This document shows, piece after piece, positions 1 through 9,970 of a DNA stretch of 64,000 bases. The notes beneath the pieces were generated by a model. That model ran no database searches. It was not told the origin of the DNA and saw only the letters and a program-made list of their open reading frames with translations. Origin of the DNA: Gammaproteobacteria bacterium (GTDB lineage: Bacteria > Pseudomonadota > Gammaproteobacteria > BMS3Bbin11); contig JAADJE010000112.1 of assembly GCA_013150915.1 (NCBI GenBank), positions 318 through 64,317 on the forward strand, in the 5' to 3' direction. Made by a program: the position numbers and the translations under genes. Position 1 is the stretch's first letter. The number at the start of each line of letters is the position of its first letter.

Positions 1-731
1 TCCAGCGAGTTTTCGATATCGTCAATTTTGAGTAGACGCGATGCCAGTTCAAGCCGGGTATTTAGATCCACTTCGTGGTTTAGTTTATTGTATAATGCAT
101 TTATTGTTTCGATGGGTGATTCATCCTCTTTGGGGCTGGCGTTGATTATTTCCAGGTGAGTCATCAACAGGCTGATTGATGGGTTGTTCTGGAGGGGCAG
201 TGGGATGGAATAGCCGAGTTTTTCAGCCTCAGTAAAACGTGCTTGCCGTATCAGTAGTTTCAGCATATCAGCAGGGATGCGTACGTCATCTGGAGTCTCA
301 ATAACGGCCTCTGCCAGCAGTTGTAAAGCCTCTTCGGTTTTGCCTGATTGAACGTGCTCTATTGCCCGGGTATGTAATGAACTAAGTCCCTGCGGGATAT
401 GTTTCGCCAGGATCTGTCTCAGACTCTTTTCAGATTCGGCGTTGCGGATAGTTTCAGCCACTTCACCTTTTAGATAGATCCGCACATGGGGCAGGCTGTG
501 TATGCTCAGCTGCCGTACGAGATCAGTTTCTTCATCGGTATTTACCATGCCAAGAAGAAATCGTCCCTGATACTCAGTACAGAGCTTAACCAGACGCGGC
601 ATTAGCATCATGCAGGGCGCGGCTTTAGCAGACCAGAAGTTTACCAGAACGGGGCCTTTGTCTGAATTTGCTAGAATCAGTTCATCGAACTCAGTGCTTT
701 TCAGGTCAAAAATATAAGGTGAAATCGTCAT
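1..731 (-). CDS. ybbN: Thioredoxin-domain/TPR co-chaperone (CnoX/YbbN-like); N-terminal part, the gene continues past the window start
   Basis: I translated the minus strand by hand from the ATG at 731: MTISPYIFDLKSTEFDELILANSDKGPVLVNFWSAKAAPCMM... This is a thioredoxin fold with an SxxC motif (FWSAKAAPC) like E. coli CnoX (FWSERSQHC). It is absent from the ORF track because there is no stop inside the window. Confidence 0.6.
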   Translation of the reverse strand, partial: MTISPYIFDLKSTEFDELILANSDKGPVLVNFWSAKAAPCMMLMPRLVKLCTEYQGRFLLGMVNTDEETDLVRQLSIHSLPHVRIYLKGEVAETIRNAESEKSLRQILAKHIPQGLSSLHTRAIEHVQSGKTEEALQLLAEAVIETPDDVRIPADMLKLLIRQARFTEAEKLGYSIPLPLQNNPSISLLMTHLEIINASPKEDESPIETINALYNKLNHEVDLNTRLELASRLLKIDDIENSL

Positions 732-972
732 CCAGGAGGAAGTGATTAAAGAATATTATGAATAGCAGACAGTTTACAGCATAGGGATGTAGATTATTAA
801 CATGTATTTATTAAGTAATTGAATAATAAAGTTATATGCTATTTTATTTGCCAATTCTCAGGTGCAATAATTATCGCTTAAACACCCTGATTATTGACAG
901 TAGTAGGTTATTCTAATACAATAACCAACCTAAATGGTCGGGAATTGATGCCCCAAGCATCAGGAGAATTAT

Positions 973-1461
973 ATGAGATTATCGTCAAAAGGTCAGATAG
1001 CTATTTCAGGGATGATGTTTCTTGCAATAAATGGCAAAGGGCAGGCCATGACAGCGGCTCAAATTGCAGCAGATCAGGCTATTTCTGTCTCATATATCGA
1101 ACAGCTTTTTGCAAATTTAAGAGAGAGTAATCTTATTGAGGGTGTCCGCGGACCGGGCGGTGGTTACAGACTGGCTCTGGAACCTGAAAAAATCTCGGTG
1201 GCAGACATTGTGACATCCGTTGATGACCGTACCTATAATATGCGTGAAACTGTTATCCCGCATTATGGAGACAATGTTCGCAACTTGAGTCAGATGATGT
1301 GGAGTTCGTTGAGTCGAAGCCTCTACCAGTTTCTGCACAATATTTCCCTGAAAGATTGCATTGAGCGGCCTGATGACGGTGATGCCATTGTTGATATGCA
1401 CCCGGGTGTACTGCGGACAGCACTGCCAGGAACCTATACAGATTTAAGAAAAGCCGGCTAA
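973..1461 (+). CDS. Rrf2-family transcriptional regulator (IscR-like, but lacking the three cluster-ligating cysteines)
   Basis: N-terminus MRLSSKGQIAISGMMFLA is a typical Rrf2 wHTH. The only Cys is in KDCIERP near the C-terminus. It sits upstream of iscU. Confidence 0.8.
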   Translation: MRLSSKGQIAISGMMFLAINGKGQAMTAAQIAADQAISVSYIEQLFANLRESNLIEGVRGPGGGYRLALEPEKISVADIVTSVDDRTYNMRETVIPHYGDNVRNLSQMMWSSLSRSLYQFLHNISLKDCIERPDDGDAIVDMHPGVLRTALPGTYTDLRKAG

Positions 1462-1553
1462 GTAATCATACGGAAAATATCGAATTTTACTGCTATAATA
1501 AGCGGAATCTTGTAAACATATTTAGAGTGAGCGTGCACGGAGTAAATTAAATT

Positions 1554-1946
1554 ATGGCCTACAGTGAAAAAGTACTGGATCATTATGAAAATCCCAGAAA
1601 TGTTGGGACACTGGACAAGGATGCTCCAAACGTGGGTACCGGAATGGTCGGTGCACCGGCCTGTGGCGATGTCATGCGGTTACAAATCCAGATCGATGAT
1701 GATGGTGTGATTGAAGACGCCAAATTCAAGACCTACGGCTGCGGTTCGGCCATTGCTTCGAGTTCATTGGTAACAGAATGGATGAAAGGCAAGACTCTGG
1801 ATGAAGCTGGCGAGATCAGAAATACAGCCATTGCTGAAGAACTGGCCCTGCCGCCAGTCAAAATTCATTGTTCAGTACTGGCAGAAGACGCGATTACTGC
1901 CGCTATTGCCGATCTGAAGGAAAAGTCAGGTAAAGCTGCCGCCTGA
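1554..1946 (+). CDS. iscU: Fe-S cluster assembly scaffold IscU
   Basis: Contains GAPACGD, YGCGSAIASSS and LPPVKIHCS, the three conserved Cys plus the LPPVK motif. Length 130 aa. Confidence 0.92.
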   Translation: MAYSEKVLDHYENPRNVGTLDKDAPNVGTGMVGAPACGDVMRLQIQIDDDGVIEDAKFKTYGCGSAIASSSLVTEWMKGKTLDEAGEIRNTAIAEELALPPVKIHCSVLAEDAITAAIADLKEKSGKAAA

Positions 1947-2171
1947 TCTGCAGAATAGAAATGATGAAGGTCGCTGTCGTTTATACAGCGGCCTTTTTTA
2001 TTTTAGGGAACCTGATTAATCCTGGGCGAAGTAGATTGCGGTCTAAACTATTCAGGTTTGAGACGCAAATCGCACGTAATAGCGGGCCATTGCCAAGGGT
2101 TGTGACCGCAGGAAATGCCTCGAAGGGCGTAATGGCGAGTTCTTTCCATCTTTTAGAGGAGCCATTTAGCG

Positions 2172-3227
2172 ATGCGCCACACTTATCAACTCAATAACTT
2201 ACCCCGCGCATATCAAATTCTACCCATAAACGGGGAACTCCGTACCACAGAGGAAGACTTTGTTGTAGACGAAGAGCTGGGGTTTTCACCCACAGGGAAG
2301 GGTGAGCACACTTTTTTACATATACGAAAAAGGGGCAGGAATACGGAAGACGTCGCACGGGCCCTGGCTCATTACAGCAACGTCCCCCGAAAGGCAGTTA
2401 GTTACGCCGGTCTGAAAGATAGAAATGCTATCACCTCACAGTATTTCAGTGTCCACCTGCCCGGTAAGAATGATCCAGACTGGCAGGGTATGGCAGATTC
2501 GTCGCTTGAGTTTCTTTCAATTAATAGACACAGTAAGAAAATCAGGCGCGGTGCCCTGCAGAGAAATAGTTTTCGACTCATACTACGTGAATTTCTTGGC
2601 AGCAGAGAACTGGCGGATCAGAGACTGGTAGAAATAAAAAGAAACGGCGTGCCAAATTATTTTACCGCTCAGCGTTTTGGTCATAATGCCAATAATCTAT
2701 ACCACGCAGATGAGGTGCTGGTAAATAGCAGACGAGTAAGGGACAGATTTATACGAAACATCTATTTTTCAGCGGCACGATCATGGTTATTTAATCTGCT
2801 GCTTGCGGAAAGAATCCACAGTAACACCTGGAACAAAGCCATCCAGGGTGACAGCATGATGCTTAACGGTTCACGGTCCTGTTTTCATATTGATACCGTC
2901 GATGATGAGATACGAAAAAGAGTAGATGAGCTCGACATCAGCCCGACGGGTCCGCTCTGGGGCAGAGGAAGTCACATGCTGACGGCTGAGGCTGCAGACA
3001 TAGAGACGTCAAGCCTCAGCGACTGGCACTGCTGGAAAGAGGGGCTGGAAAAAGTCGGGCAACAAATGGCTCGCCGCAGTCTACGCATGTCAGTAGCTGA
3101 TTTATCCTGGGAATGGCCTGAGGAAAAGCAGTTGGAACTGAAGTTCTCATTATCGCCGGGGTGTTATGCCACGGCGGTATTGCGAGAACTTGGGGAATTT
3201 TCTGAACCTGAAAGAAAACAGATTTGA
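2172..3227 (+). CDS. truD: tRNA pseudouridine(13) synthase TruD
   Basis: Collinear similarity to E. coli TruD (EDFVVDEELGF, GLKDRNAIT, VPNYFTAQRFG, FSAARSWLFN). Length 351 aa. Confidence 0.9.
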   Translation: MRHTYQLNNLPRAYQILPINGELRTTEEDFVVDEELGFSPTGKGEHTFLHIRKRGRNTEDVARALAHYSNVPRKAVSYAGLKDRNAITSQYFSVHLPGKNDPDWQGMADSSLEFLSINRHSKKIRRGALQRNSFRLILREFLGSRELADQRLVEIKRNGVPNYFTAQRFGHNANNLYHADEVLVNSRRVRDRFIRNIYFSAARSWLFNLLLAERIHSNTWNKAIQGDSMMLNGSRSCFHIDTVDDEIRKRVDELDISPTGPLWGRGSHMLTAEAADIETSSLSDWHCWKEGLEKVGQQMARRSLRMSVADLSWEWPEEKQLELKFSLSPGCYATAVLRELGEFSEPERKQI

Positions 3228-3251
3228 ACCACAGGGCTTTGACTTTCAAGC

Positions 3252-4121
3252 CTACCACTCAGCGAACACTACTGTGCGATTCTGATGCAACAGTATCCTG
3301 TCTTCAGCATGCCAGCGCACGGCGCGGGCCAGTACGTTGCGTTCAATATCCCGACCAAATTCTTTCAGTTCTTCAACATCGTGGCGATGTGATACGCGTT
3401 TGACATCTTGTTCGATGATTGGGCCTTCGTCGAGGTCTTCGGTAACGTAATGGGCGGTGGCACCGATGATTTTTACCCCGCGTTCTGCAGCCCTTCGGTA
3501 AGGGTCGGCACCGACGAAAGCCGGCAGGAAGGAATGATGGATATTGATGATACGGTTTGGGAAGTGGCTGATAAAATTGGCAGACAGTATCTGCATATAA
3601 CGGGCCAGTACAACCAGATCAGTATCACCAGATAACAATTCGAGTATTTTATTTTCTGCCTGTACTTTATTACCGGCATTGACGGGCACATGATGGAACG
3701 TGGCACCAAAGGACTTTACTGCCGCTTCGACATCGGTGTGGTTACTGATAACCTGGGTAATATCTATAGGCAATTGGCCACGCGAACAGCGCCATAGTAG
3801 TTCGAGCAGGGCATGATCTTGTTTGGATACCAGTATGGCGGTGCGTTTGTGCCGTGCTGCATAGCTAATTTTCCAGTCCATATTATAGGGTTTGGCGACA
3901 TTTTCAGCGAAAGCTTGCTCGAGCAACGACTGGCTGGTATTCAGGTGCGGTGTCTGGAATTCCAGACGCATCAAGAAGGTTCCGTCTTCAGGATCACTGG
4001 AATGCTGATCCAGCGCCGTTATGTTGGCACCATGGTGATAGAGAAAATTTGAGACGGTGGCGACTATACCGGGTTTATCATCGCAGCTGATCAGCAGGCG
4101 TGCTGTGGTTTCAGTATTCAT
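3252..4121 (-). CDS. purU: Formyltetrahydrofolate deformylase PurU (ACT plus formyltransferase domain)
   Basis: N-terminal ACT domain (LLISCDDKPGIVATVSNFL) and a formyl-transferase core (ILVSKQDHAL..., HHSFLPAF). Confidence 0.88.
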   Translation of the reverse strand: MNTETTARLLISCDDKPGIVATVSNFLYHHGANITALDQHSSDPEDGTFLMRLEFQTPHLNTSQSLLEQAFAENVAKPYNMDWKISYAARHKRTAILVSKQDHALLELLWRCSRGQLPIDITQVISNHTDVEAAVKSFGATFHHVPVNAGNKVQAENKILELLSGDTDLVVLARYMQILSANFISHFPNRIINIHHSFLPAFVGADPYRRAAERGVKIIGATAHYVTEDLDEGPIIEQDVKRVSHRHDVEELKEFGRDIERNVLARAVRWHAEDRILLHQNRTVVFAEW

Positions 4122-4215
4122 TATCTTAAGGGTACAGTATTATATGAGCTGAATAATTCATAAAAGTAGATGATGATCATATCAGCTGAAGACTGGACTT
4201 CACAGGCAGGGATTC

Positions 4216-5604
4216 ATGGATAAAAAACAAACGCGTGTTGAAAAGGATTCTATGGGAGAGGTAGAGGTGCCGGTGGATGCACTCTATGGTGCGCAGACAC
4301 AGCGTGCGGTGAATAATTTCCCGATATCCGGCAGTACACTGCCGCGTTCAGTGATCCGCGCATTGGGCCTGATAAAACAGGCCTGCGCGACAACCAATCA
4401 TCATCTGGCTTTGCTGGATGAAGCAAGAACAAGAGCCATTACACTGGCATCCGCCGCCGTTGCCGAAGGCAAGCATGATGATCAGTTTCCCATCGACGTC
4501 TTTCAGACCGGTTCGGGTACCAGTACAAATATGAATGCCAACGAGGTTATCGCGACCCTGGCATCCCGGGAATCAGGCGTACAGGTGCACCCGAATGATC
4601 ATGTCAATATGGGGCAAAGCTCGAACGATGTGTTCCCGGCCGCTATTCATGTGGCTGCTGCATTACGGGTAAATGAGGCATTGATCCCTGCGCTGGACAA
4701 GCTGGAATCGAGTTTGAGCAGACGGTCTGATGCGTTGGGTCGCGCAGTAAAGACAGGTCGCACTCATTTGATGGATGCAATGCCCGTTACCCTGGGTCAG
4801 GAAATCAGCGGTTGGCGTGATCAGATTATCCGTGCGAAGTCACGAATCCAGCAGGCCGCATCAGGGGTGCTGGATCTTCCCTTAGGGGGGACAGCCGTTG
4901 GTACGGGTATCAATACACCAGAAGGTTTTGCTGAGGGATGCGTCTTGGCCCTGAACGATCTGACCGGCCTTAGCTTCAGAGTGCGTGATAATTTTTTCTC
5001 TGGCCTGTCCAGTCAGGATGATGCCGTTGCACTCAGCGGCCAGCTGAAATCACTGGCCGTGGCAATGATGAAGATTGCCAATGACCTGCGCTGGATGAAT
5101 TCCGGTCCACTGGCGGGCCTGGGAGAAATTACTCTGCCAGCACTGCAGCCGGGCAGCAGTATAATGCCCGGGAAAATCAATCCGGTCATTCCAGAGGCCG
5201 TAGCGATGGTCTGTGCTGAAGTAATAGGCAATGACACAACAATTACCCTGGCCGGGCAGTCAGGAAACTTTCAGCTTAATGTCATGCTGCCTGTTCTGGT
5301 AAAAAACCTGAGTGCCAGCATTGAGTTGCTGAGCAATGCATGCACTGTACTGGCTGAAAAGGCTATTGATGGTTTTGTCGTTAACGAGGCCGTACTGAAT
5401 GACTCGCTTGAACGTAACCCAATACTGGTGACGGCGCTCAATCCGGTTATTGGCTATGAGCTTGGCGCGAAAATTGCTAAACGTGCCTATGCAGAAAACC
5501 GCACTGTAAAAGATATCGCACTGGAAATGACAGACCTCGGCGAGGCTGAGCTTGATCGTTTGCTTGATCCATACAAACTGACGCTTGGGGGATTGAAAAA
5601 ATGA
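4216..5604 (+). CDS. fumC: Class II fumarate hydratase FumC
   Basis: EKDSMGEVEVP N-terminus, QTGSGTSTNMNANEV, the GSSIMPGKINPVIPE signature, and 462 aa. Closer to FumC than to aspartase. Confidence 0.9.
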   Translation: MDKKQTRVEKDSMGEVEVPVDALYGAQTQRAVNNFPISGSTLPRSVIRALGLIKQACATTNHHLALLDEARTRAITLASAAVAEGKHDDQFPIDVFQTGSGTSTNMNANEVIATLASRESGVQVHPNDHVNMGQSSNDVFPAAIHVAAALRVNEALIPALDKLESSLSRRSDALGRAVKTGRTHLMDAMPVTLGQEISGWRDQIIRAKSRIQQAASGVLDLPLGGTAVGTGINTPEGFAEGCVLALNDLTGLSFRVRDNFFSGLSSQDDAVALSGQLKSLAVAMMKIANDLRWMNSGPLAGLGEITLPALQPGSSIMPGKINPVIPEAVAMVCAEVIGNDTTITLAGQSGNFQLNVMLPVLVKNLSASIELLSNACTVLAEKAIDGFVVNEAVLNDSLERNPILVTALNPVIGYELGAKIAKRAYAENRTVKDIALEMTDLGEAELDRLLDPYKLTLGGLKK

Positions 5605-5626
5605 TTTATGGTTTATGTGGTATTGG

Positions 5627-5684
5627 GTTTCAAGTTTCAAGTTCCAAGTTCCAAGTTATAGGTCGTAAACCGTAAACCGTAAAT
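5627..5684. repeat. Heptanucleotide tandem repeat tracts: (GTTTCAA)2(GTTCCAA)2 at 5627-5657 and (CGTAAAC)2CGTAAAT at 5664-5684
   Basis: Read directly in the fumC-hydrolase intergenic spacer, immediately 3' of the fumC stop codon. Confidence 0.9.
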
Positions 5685-5687
5685 CAA

Positions 5688-6332
5688 ATGTTTGATCGCT
5701 GTAAAGAAGGGCTCTCATCATTCCCTGTTACTATTCCCGGTCCGTCAGGGACCCTCGAAGGAATAGTCGACTGTGCTGCGGGCAGCCCACTGGGCGGTGC
5801 AGTCATCTGCCATCCACATCCACTCTACGGCGGCACTATGCAGAACAAGGTGGTGCATACTCTGGCCAAATCTCTAACGGCAAGTAACCGTACTGCAGTT
5901 CGATTTAATTTCAGAGGTGTCGGTGTCAGTACGGGTGTATATGACGAAGGTGCGGGTGAAACAGATGATGCGCTGGCAGTCCTTGACTGGCTAGCCTCTA
6001 GCCAACCCGGTTTGCCAATGATCCTTGCCGGCTTCTCTTTTGGTTCATATATCGCTTTACAGGTAGCGGCAGAGGCTGATTCTGCTGCCCTGATCACGGT
6101 TGCCCCGCCGGTAGGTATGTTTGATTTTGAAAATCTGTCATCGATAATCTGTCCCTGGCTGTTGATACAGGGTGATGAGGATGAGGTCGTTGATAGCAAT
6201 TCAGTGATCAACTGGGTTCATAGCCTGGAGAACCCACCACAGTTGGAGATCGTGCGTGGTGCCAGTCACTTTTTTCATGGCAAACTGCTTGATCTACGAT
6301 CGGTCTGTGGTAATTTCCTACAAAATCTCTAG
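5688..6332 (+). CDS. Alpha/beta-fold hydrolase, small (about 210 aa)
   Basis: GFSFGS nucleophile elbow (GxSxG) and HPHPLYGGT; Asp/His near the C-terminus. Confidence 0.7.
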   Translation: MFDRCKEGLSSFPVTIPGPSGTLEGIVDCAAGSPLGGAVICHPHPLYGGTMQNKVVHTLAKSLTASNRTAVRFNFRGVGVSTGVYDEGAGETDDALAVLDWLASSQPGLPMILAGFSFGSYIALQVAAEADSAALITVAPPVGMFDFENLSSIICPWLLIQGDEDEVVDSNSVINWVHSLENPPQLEIVRGASHFFHGKLLDLRSVCGNFLQNL

Positions 6333-6514
6333 CCCAGTGAACGGTATATCTGTAGGGGAGACAGATCGCACGGCTATATTAATCGTCTCGTATTCCGGTA
6401 TGAGAAATATCCACGAAGGCTCTTTTACCTGAACTCACGGCTGGTATACTACTTTATAACACTGAACCCAGAGGATGGCCTCATCGTTCGGCACACGAAT
6501 ACAAGGAGAATCCA

Positions 6515-7057
6515 TTGGAAGTCCACGATACCCATCTAAAGGGTGTACGCTTAATTGTCCCGCGGGTCTTTGAAGATGATCGGGGTTTTTTTCTCGAGAC
6601 TTTTAATTCAGCCATTTTTGAAGAAAATGGCCTGCCGGTAAATTTTGTACAGGATAACCACTCACGTTCCAGTCGTGGGGTATTGCGTGGTCTGCACTAT
6701 CAGTTTCCGACATGGCAGGGCAAACTGGTACGAGTGGTAACGGGCGAGATTTTTGATGTGGCTGTTGATATTCGACCTGAATCTGCCACATATGGACAGT
6801 GGTATGGTGTGGTGTTGAGTGAAGAGAACAAGCATCAGCTTTATATTCCACCCGGCTATGCGCATGGTTTTTGTGTTCTCAGCGATACTGTTGATGTGAC
6901 CTATAAATGTACGGCACAGTATATACCTGCCGAAGATGCGGGCATACGTTGGGATGATCCTGATATTGGTATAGACTGGCCGATCAGCGACCCCCTGGTG
7001 TCAGAAAAAGACCGCAACGCACCTTTGTTGAAAGAGTTAGTTCTCGCGCAGAACTGA
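6515..7057 (+). CDS. rfbC: dTDP-4-dehydrorhamnose 3,5-epimerase RmlC
   Basis: FEDDRGFF, RGLHYQ, cupin-fold RmlC signatures; 180 aa. Confidence 0.92.
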   Translation: MEVHDTHLKGVRLIVPRVFEDDRGFFLETFNSAIFEENGLPVNFVQDNHSRSSRGVLRGLHYQFPTWQGKLVRVVTGEIFDVAVDIRPESATYGQWYGVVLSEENKHQLYIPPGYAHGFCVLSDTVDVTYKCTAQYIPAEDAGIRWDDPDIGIDWPISDPLVSEKDRNAPLLKELVLAQN

Positions 7058-7065
7058 GTATAGCT

Positions 7066-7941
7066 ATGAAGATTCTACTGTTTGGGTGTGATGGCCAGCT
7101 GGGGACACATTTGAATGAAGCCTTGCCGAATGTTGCCGGGGTTGAGGAGTTATCAGGATACGGTATCAATGATCTCAATCTTTCCCATCTTGACCGACTT
7201 CGCCAGGTAATAAATGATGAAAAGCCGAACCTCATCATAAATGCCGCGGCTTACACTGCGGTAGACAAGGCAGAATCAGACGTTGAGCTGGCGGCGAAGG
7301 TAAATGCTGAGGCGCCTTCAGTAATGGCTGAAGTGGCCACCATCCTGAATGCCGGAATGATTCATTATTCTACTGATTATGTCTTTGATGGCACGGCAAC
7401 TCGGCCTTATTCCGAAGATGATATACCCAATCCAGAATCTGTATACGGCTCAACCAAACTGGATGGAGAGAATGCGGTGCTGATGCATTGTAAAAACTCT
7501 CTGGTTTTACGAACCAGCTGGGTTTACTCCATGCATGGGCAGAATTTTCTTCGCACGATACTGCGGCTGGCGGCCGAGCGAGATGAGTTGAAAGTTGTCG
7601 GTGACCAGATAGGGGCACCGACTACAACACGTGCCCTGACTGATGCCAGCCTGAAGCTGGTGCAATACTTCATGCTTCATAACGGGTTTTCCGAAACGGT
7701 TAGCGGGGTTTATCACATGACCTGCGGCGGTGAAACCAGCTGGTGTGGATTTGCCAGGGCAATCGTTTCCGCATCAGAATATTCCGACACTCGAGTACTT
7801 GATATTCCGACTGTCGATTATCCTACGCCGGCGAAACGACCGGCCTATACGGTGCTATCAAATAAAAAACTTTTCGATACATTTGGTATTTCCCTGCCTG
7901 ATTGGGAAGCGGCCCTTATTGAATGTATGCAAGAAGAGTAA
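7066..7941 (+). CDS. rfbD: dTDP-4-dehydrorhamnose reductase RmlD
   Basis: MKILLFGCDGQLG Rossmann start, YSTDYVFDG, 291 aa, immediately downstream of rmlC. Confidence 0.9.
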   Translation: MKILLFGCDGQLGTHLNEALPNVAGVEELSGYGINDLNLSHLDRLRQVINDEKPNLIINAAAYTAVDKAESDVELAAKVNAEAPSVMAEVATILNAGMIHYSTDYVFDGTATRPYSEDDIPNPESVYGSTKLDGENAVLMHCKNSLVLRTSWVYSMHGQNFLRTILRLAAERDELKVVGDQIGAPTTTRALTDASLKLVQYFMLHNGFSETVSGVYHMTCGGETSWCGFARAIVSASEYSDTRVLDIPTVDYPTPAKRPAYTVLSNKKLFDTFGISLPDWEAALIECMQEE

Positions 7942-7959
7942 TCAACAAATATAGCACCA

Positions 7960-9879
7960 TTGACACTTCTTACTGACGCATCTTCACTGCTTGGCTCAGG
8001 TGGGCCCTTTACTCACCTGCTGGATAATTATCGTGTTCGCGAGTCTCAGCAGCAAATGGCATCACGTATTGAACAGGCCATAACAGATAAAGAAATTCTG
8101 ATTGCTGAATCGGGTACAGGAACGGGTAAAACCCTCGCCTATCTGGTGCCTGCCATGCTGTCCGGGAAAAAGGTATTGGTGTCTACCGGCACCCGACATC
8201 TTCAGGACCAGTTGTATAAACTGGATTTACCACTCGTCCGGCGTGCCCTGGAAGTACCTGTCACCATGGCTTTATTAAAAGGGCGCTCCAACTACCTTTG
8301 CCGCTTTCGGCTGGAGCAGGCTGAGCTGGACCGATCCGGTTATAGCCCTTACCCGCATGTAGACCTTGCTCTGATCAGCAAGTGGTCGCTGACGACATTA
8401 CATGGTGATGTCGCCGAAGTCAGTGGTGTGCCTGAGCAATCCAGGGTCTGGTCTGATGTTACCTCAACTGTCGACAACTGTATCGGCATGAAATGTCGGC
8501 ATTATGATGATTGCTTCATCAACATGGCACGCAAGGATGCCATGGAAGCCGATATTCTAGTCGTCAATCATCATCTTTTTCTGGCGGATGTTGTGTTAAA
8601 AGAAGAAGGTTTCGGGCAACTGCTGCCAAAAGTCGATGTGGTGATATTTGATGAAGCCCACCAGATACCGGACACAGCCAGTATGTATTTTAGTACGGGG
8701 GTTAGCCTGCGACAGATACTGGATCTTTGCCGTGATGCACAACGGGCTGAGGTGACAGAAAAAAGTGGAATTACGGGTTTTGAGAGGCGTGCCGATAAAC
8801 TGGAAAAGCGGGCCAGGGAATGTCGACTTGCAATGGGGACATCCATGGGCAGAGGCAGCTGGTCCCAACTTGAAGCTATTTCCGGTTTCACTACGGCGCT
8901 TGAATCACTAAAGCAGGGCCTGCAACAGATGCTGGAACTCCTGAAATCTGCTGCCGTAACGGGTGACCAGCTTGAGAACTGTTACGAGCGTGCACAAGTG
9001 TTAATTGACAGGCTGGCTGCATTGAGCACAGACAGTAACAAAGAATTTATTCGCTGGTACGAGACCAGTAAAACTGGATTCCGACTTCACAGTACCCCAC
9101 TGAGCATTGCTGACAAATTCAGGGAACTGGTATGTGAACAGGACAGATCGGTGATCTTCACCTCAGCAACACTGGCCGTTTCCGGGAGTTTTACTCATTA
9201 CCAGCAGCAGCTTGGGCTTGAAGATGCAGGCACCGGCATCTGGCCCGGCCCCTTCAATTATTCTGAGCAGGCATTATTTTATTTGCCTGAAGGCTTGCCT
9301 GAGCCTGGTGATTCAGGGCACACAGCCAGTGTGGTTGAACTGGCTGAGAAGCTGATAAAAATATCTCGTGGCCGGGTTTTTATACTTTTTACCAGTTATC
9401 GTGCCCTGAATGAGGCGGCGAGTATGCTGGAAGGTCGATGTGACTATCCATTACTGGTGCAGGGTGAGGCCCCCAGGCATGAATTGCTGAAACGTTTCCG
9501 CGATGCCGGTGATGCCGTACTACTCGGTACAGGCAGTTTCTGGGAAGGGGTGGATGTCAAGGGGGATGCCCTGATTGCAGTGATGATTGATAAATTTCCC
9601 TTTGCCGTACCGGATGACCCTGTATTACAGGCCCGTAGCAAGGCGGCCAGGAGCGCTGGCCTGAACCCCTTCATGACATTGCAACTTCCGCAGGCTGTCG
9701 TAGCGCTGCGCCAGGGGGCTGGTCGTTTGATACGATCAGTGGACGATCGGGGCGTCTTTATCCTGTGCGATAGTCGGCTGGTCAGCAAATCCTACGGCAA
9801 AATCTTTATCAGAAGTCTACCCGCCATGAAACGAACCCGTAATTTTGCGGAAGTATCAGCGTTTCTGGAAAGGGGTTAG
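7960..9879 (+). CDS. yoaA: DinG-family ATP-dependent DNA helicase YoaA
   Basis: Near-collinear with E. coli YoaA: ESGTGTGKTLAYLVPA, LLKGRSNYLC, VVNHHLFLAD, FDEAHQIPD. TTG start in ORF track; 639 aa. Confidence 0.88.
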   Translation: MTLLTDASSLLGSGGPFTHLLDNYRVRESQQQMASRIEQAITDKEILIAESGTGTGKTLAYLVPAMLSGKKVLVSTGTRHLQDQLYKLDLPLVRRALEVPVTMALLKGRSNYLCRFRLEQAELDRSGYSPYPHVDLALISKWSLTTLHGDVAEVSGVPEQSRVWSDVTSTVDNCIGMKCRHYDDCFINMARKDAMEADILVVNHHLFLADVVLKEEGFGQLLPKVDVVIFDEAHQIPDTASMYFSTGVSLRQILDLCRDAQRAEVTEKSGITGFERRADKLEKRARECRLAMGTSMGRGSWSQLEAISGFTTALESLKQGLQQMLELLKSAAVTGDQLENCYERAQVLIDRLAALSTDSNKEFIRWYETSKTGFRLHSTPLSIADKFRELVCEQDRSVIFTSATLAVSGSFTHYQQQLGLEDAGTGIWPGPFNYSEQALFYLPEGLPEPGDSGHTASVVELAEKLIKISRGRVFILFTSYRALNEAASMLEGRCDYPLLVQGEAPRHELLKRFRDAGDAVLLGTGSFWEGVDVKGDALIAVMIDKFPFAVPDDPVLQARSKAARSAGLNPFMTLQLPQAVVALRQGAGRLIRSVDDRGVFILCDSRLVSKSYGKIFIRSLPAMKRTRNFAEVSAFLERG

Positions 9880-9970
9880 TGTAAATGTCTGTCGACAGGA
9901 AGATGGCCACAAGGACGCATAAGACGCTAAAGAGAAAACCTGTGATACCATTTCGGTTACACTTGCTTAT

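Noticed and set aside
1462-1553. Possible iscS remnant between the Rrf2 gene and iscU
   Set aside because: The gap is only 92 bp with no coding potential, so iscS is genuinely absent here rather than fragmented.
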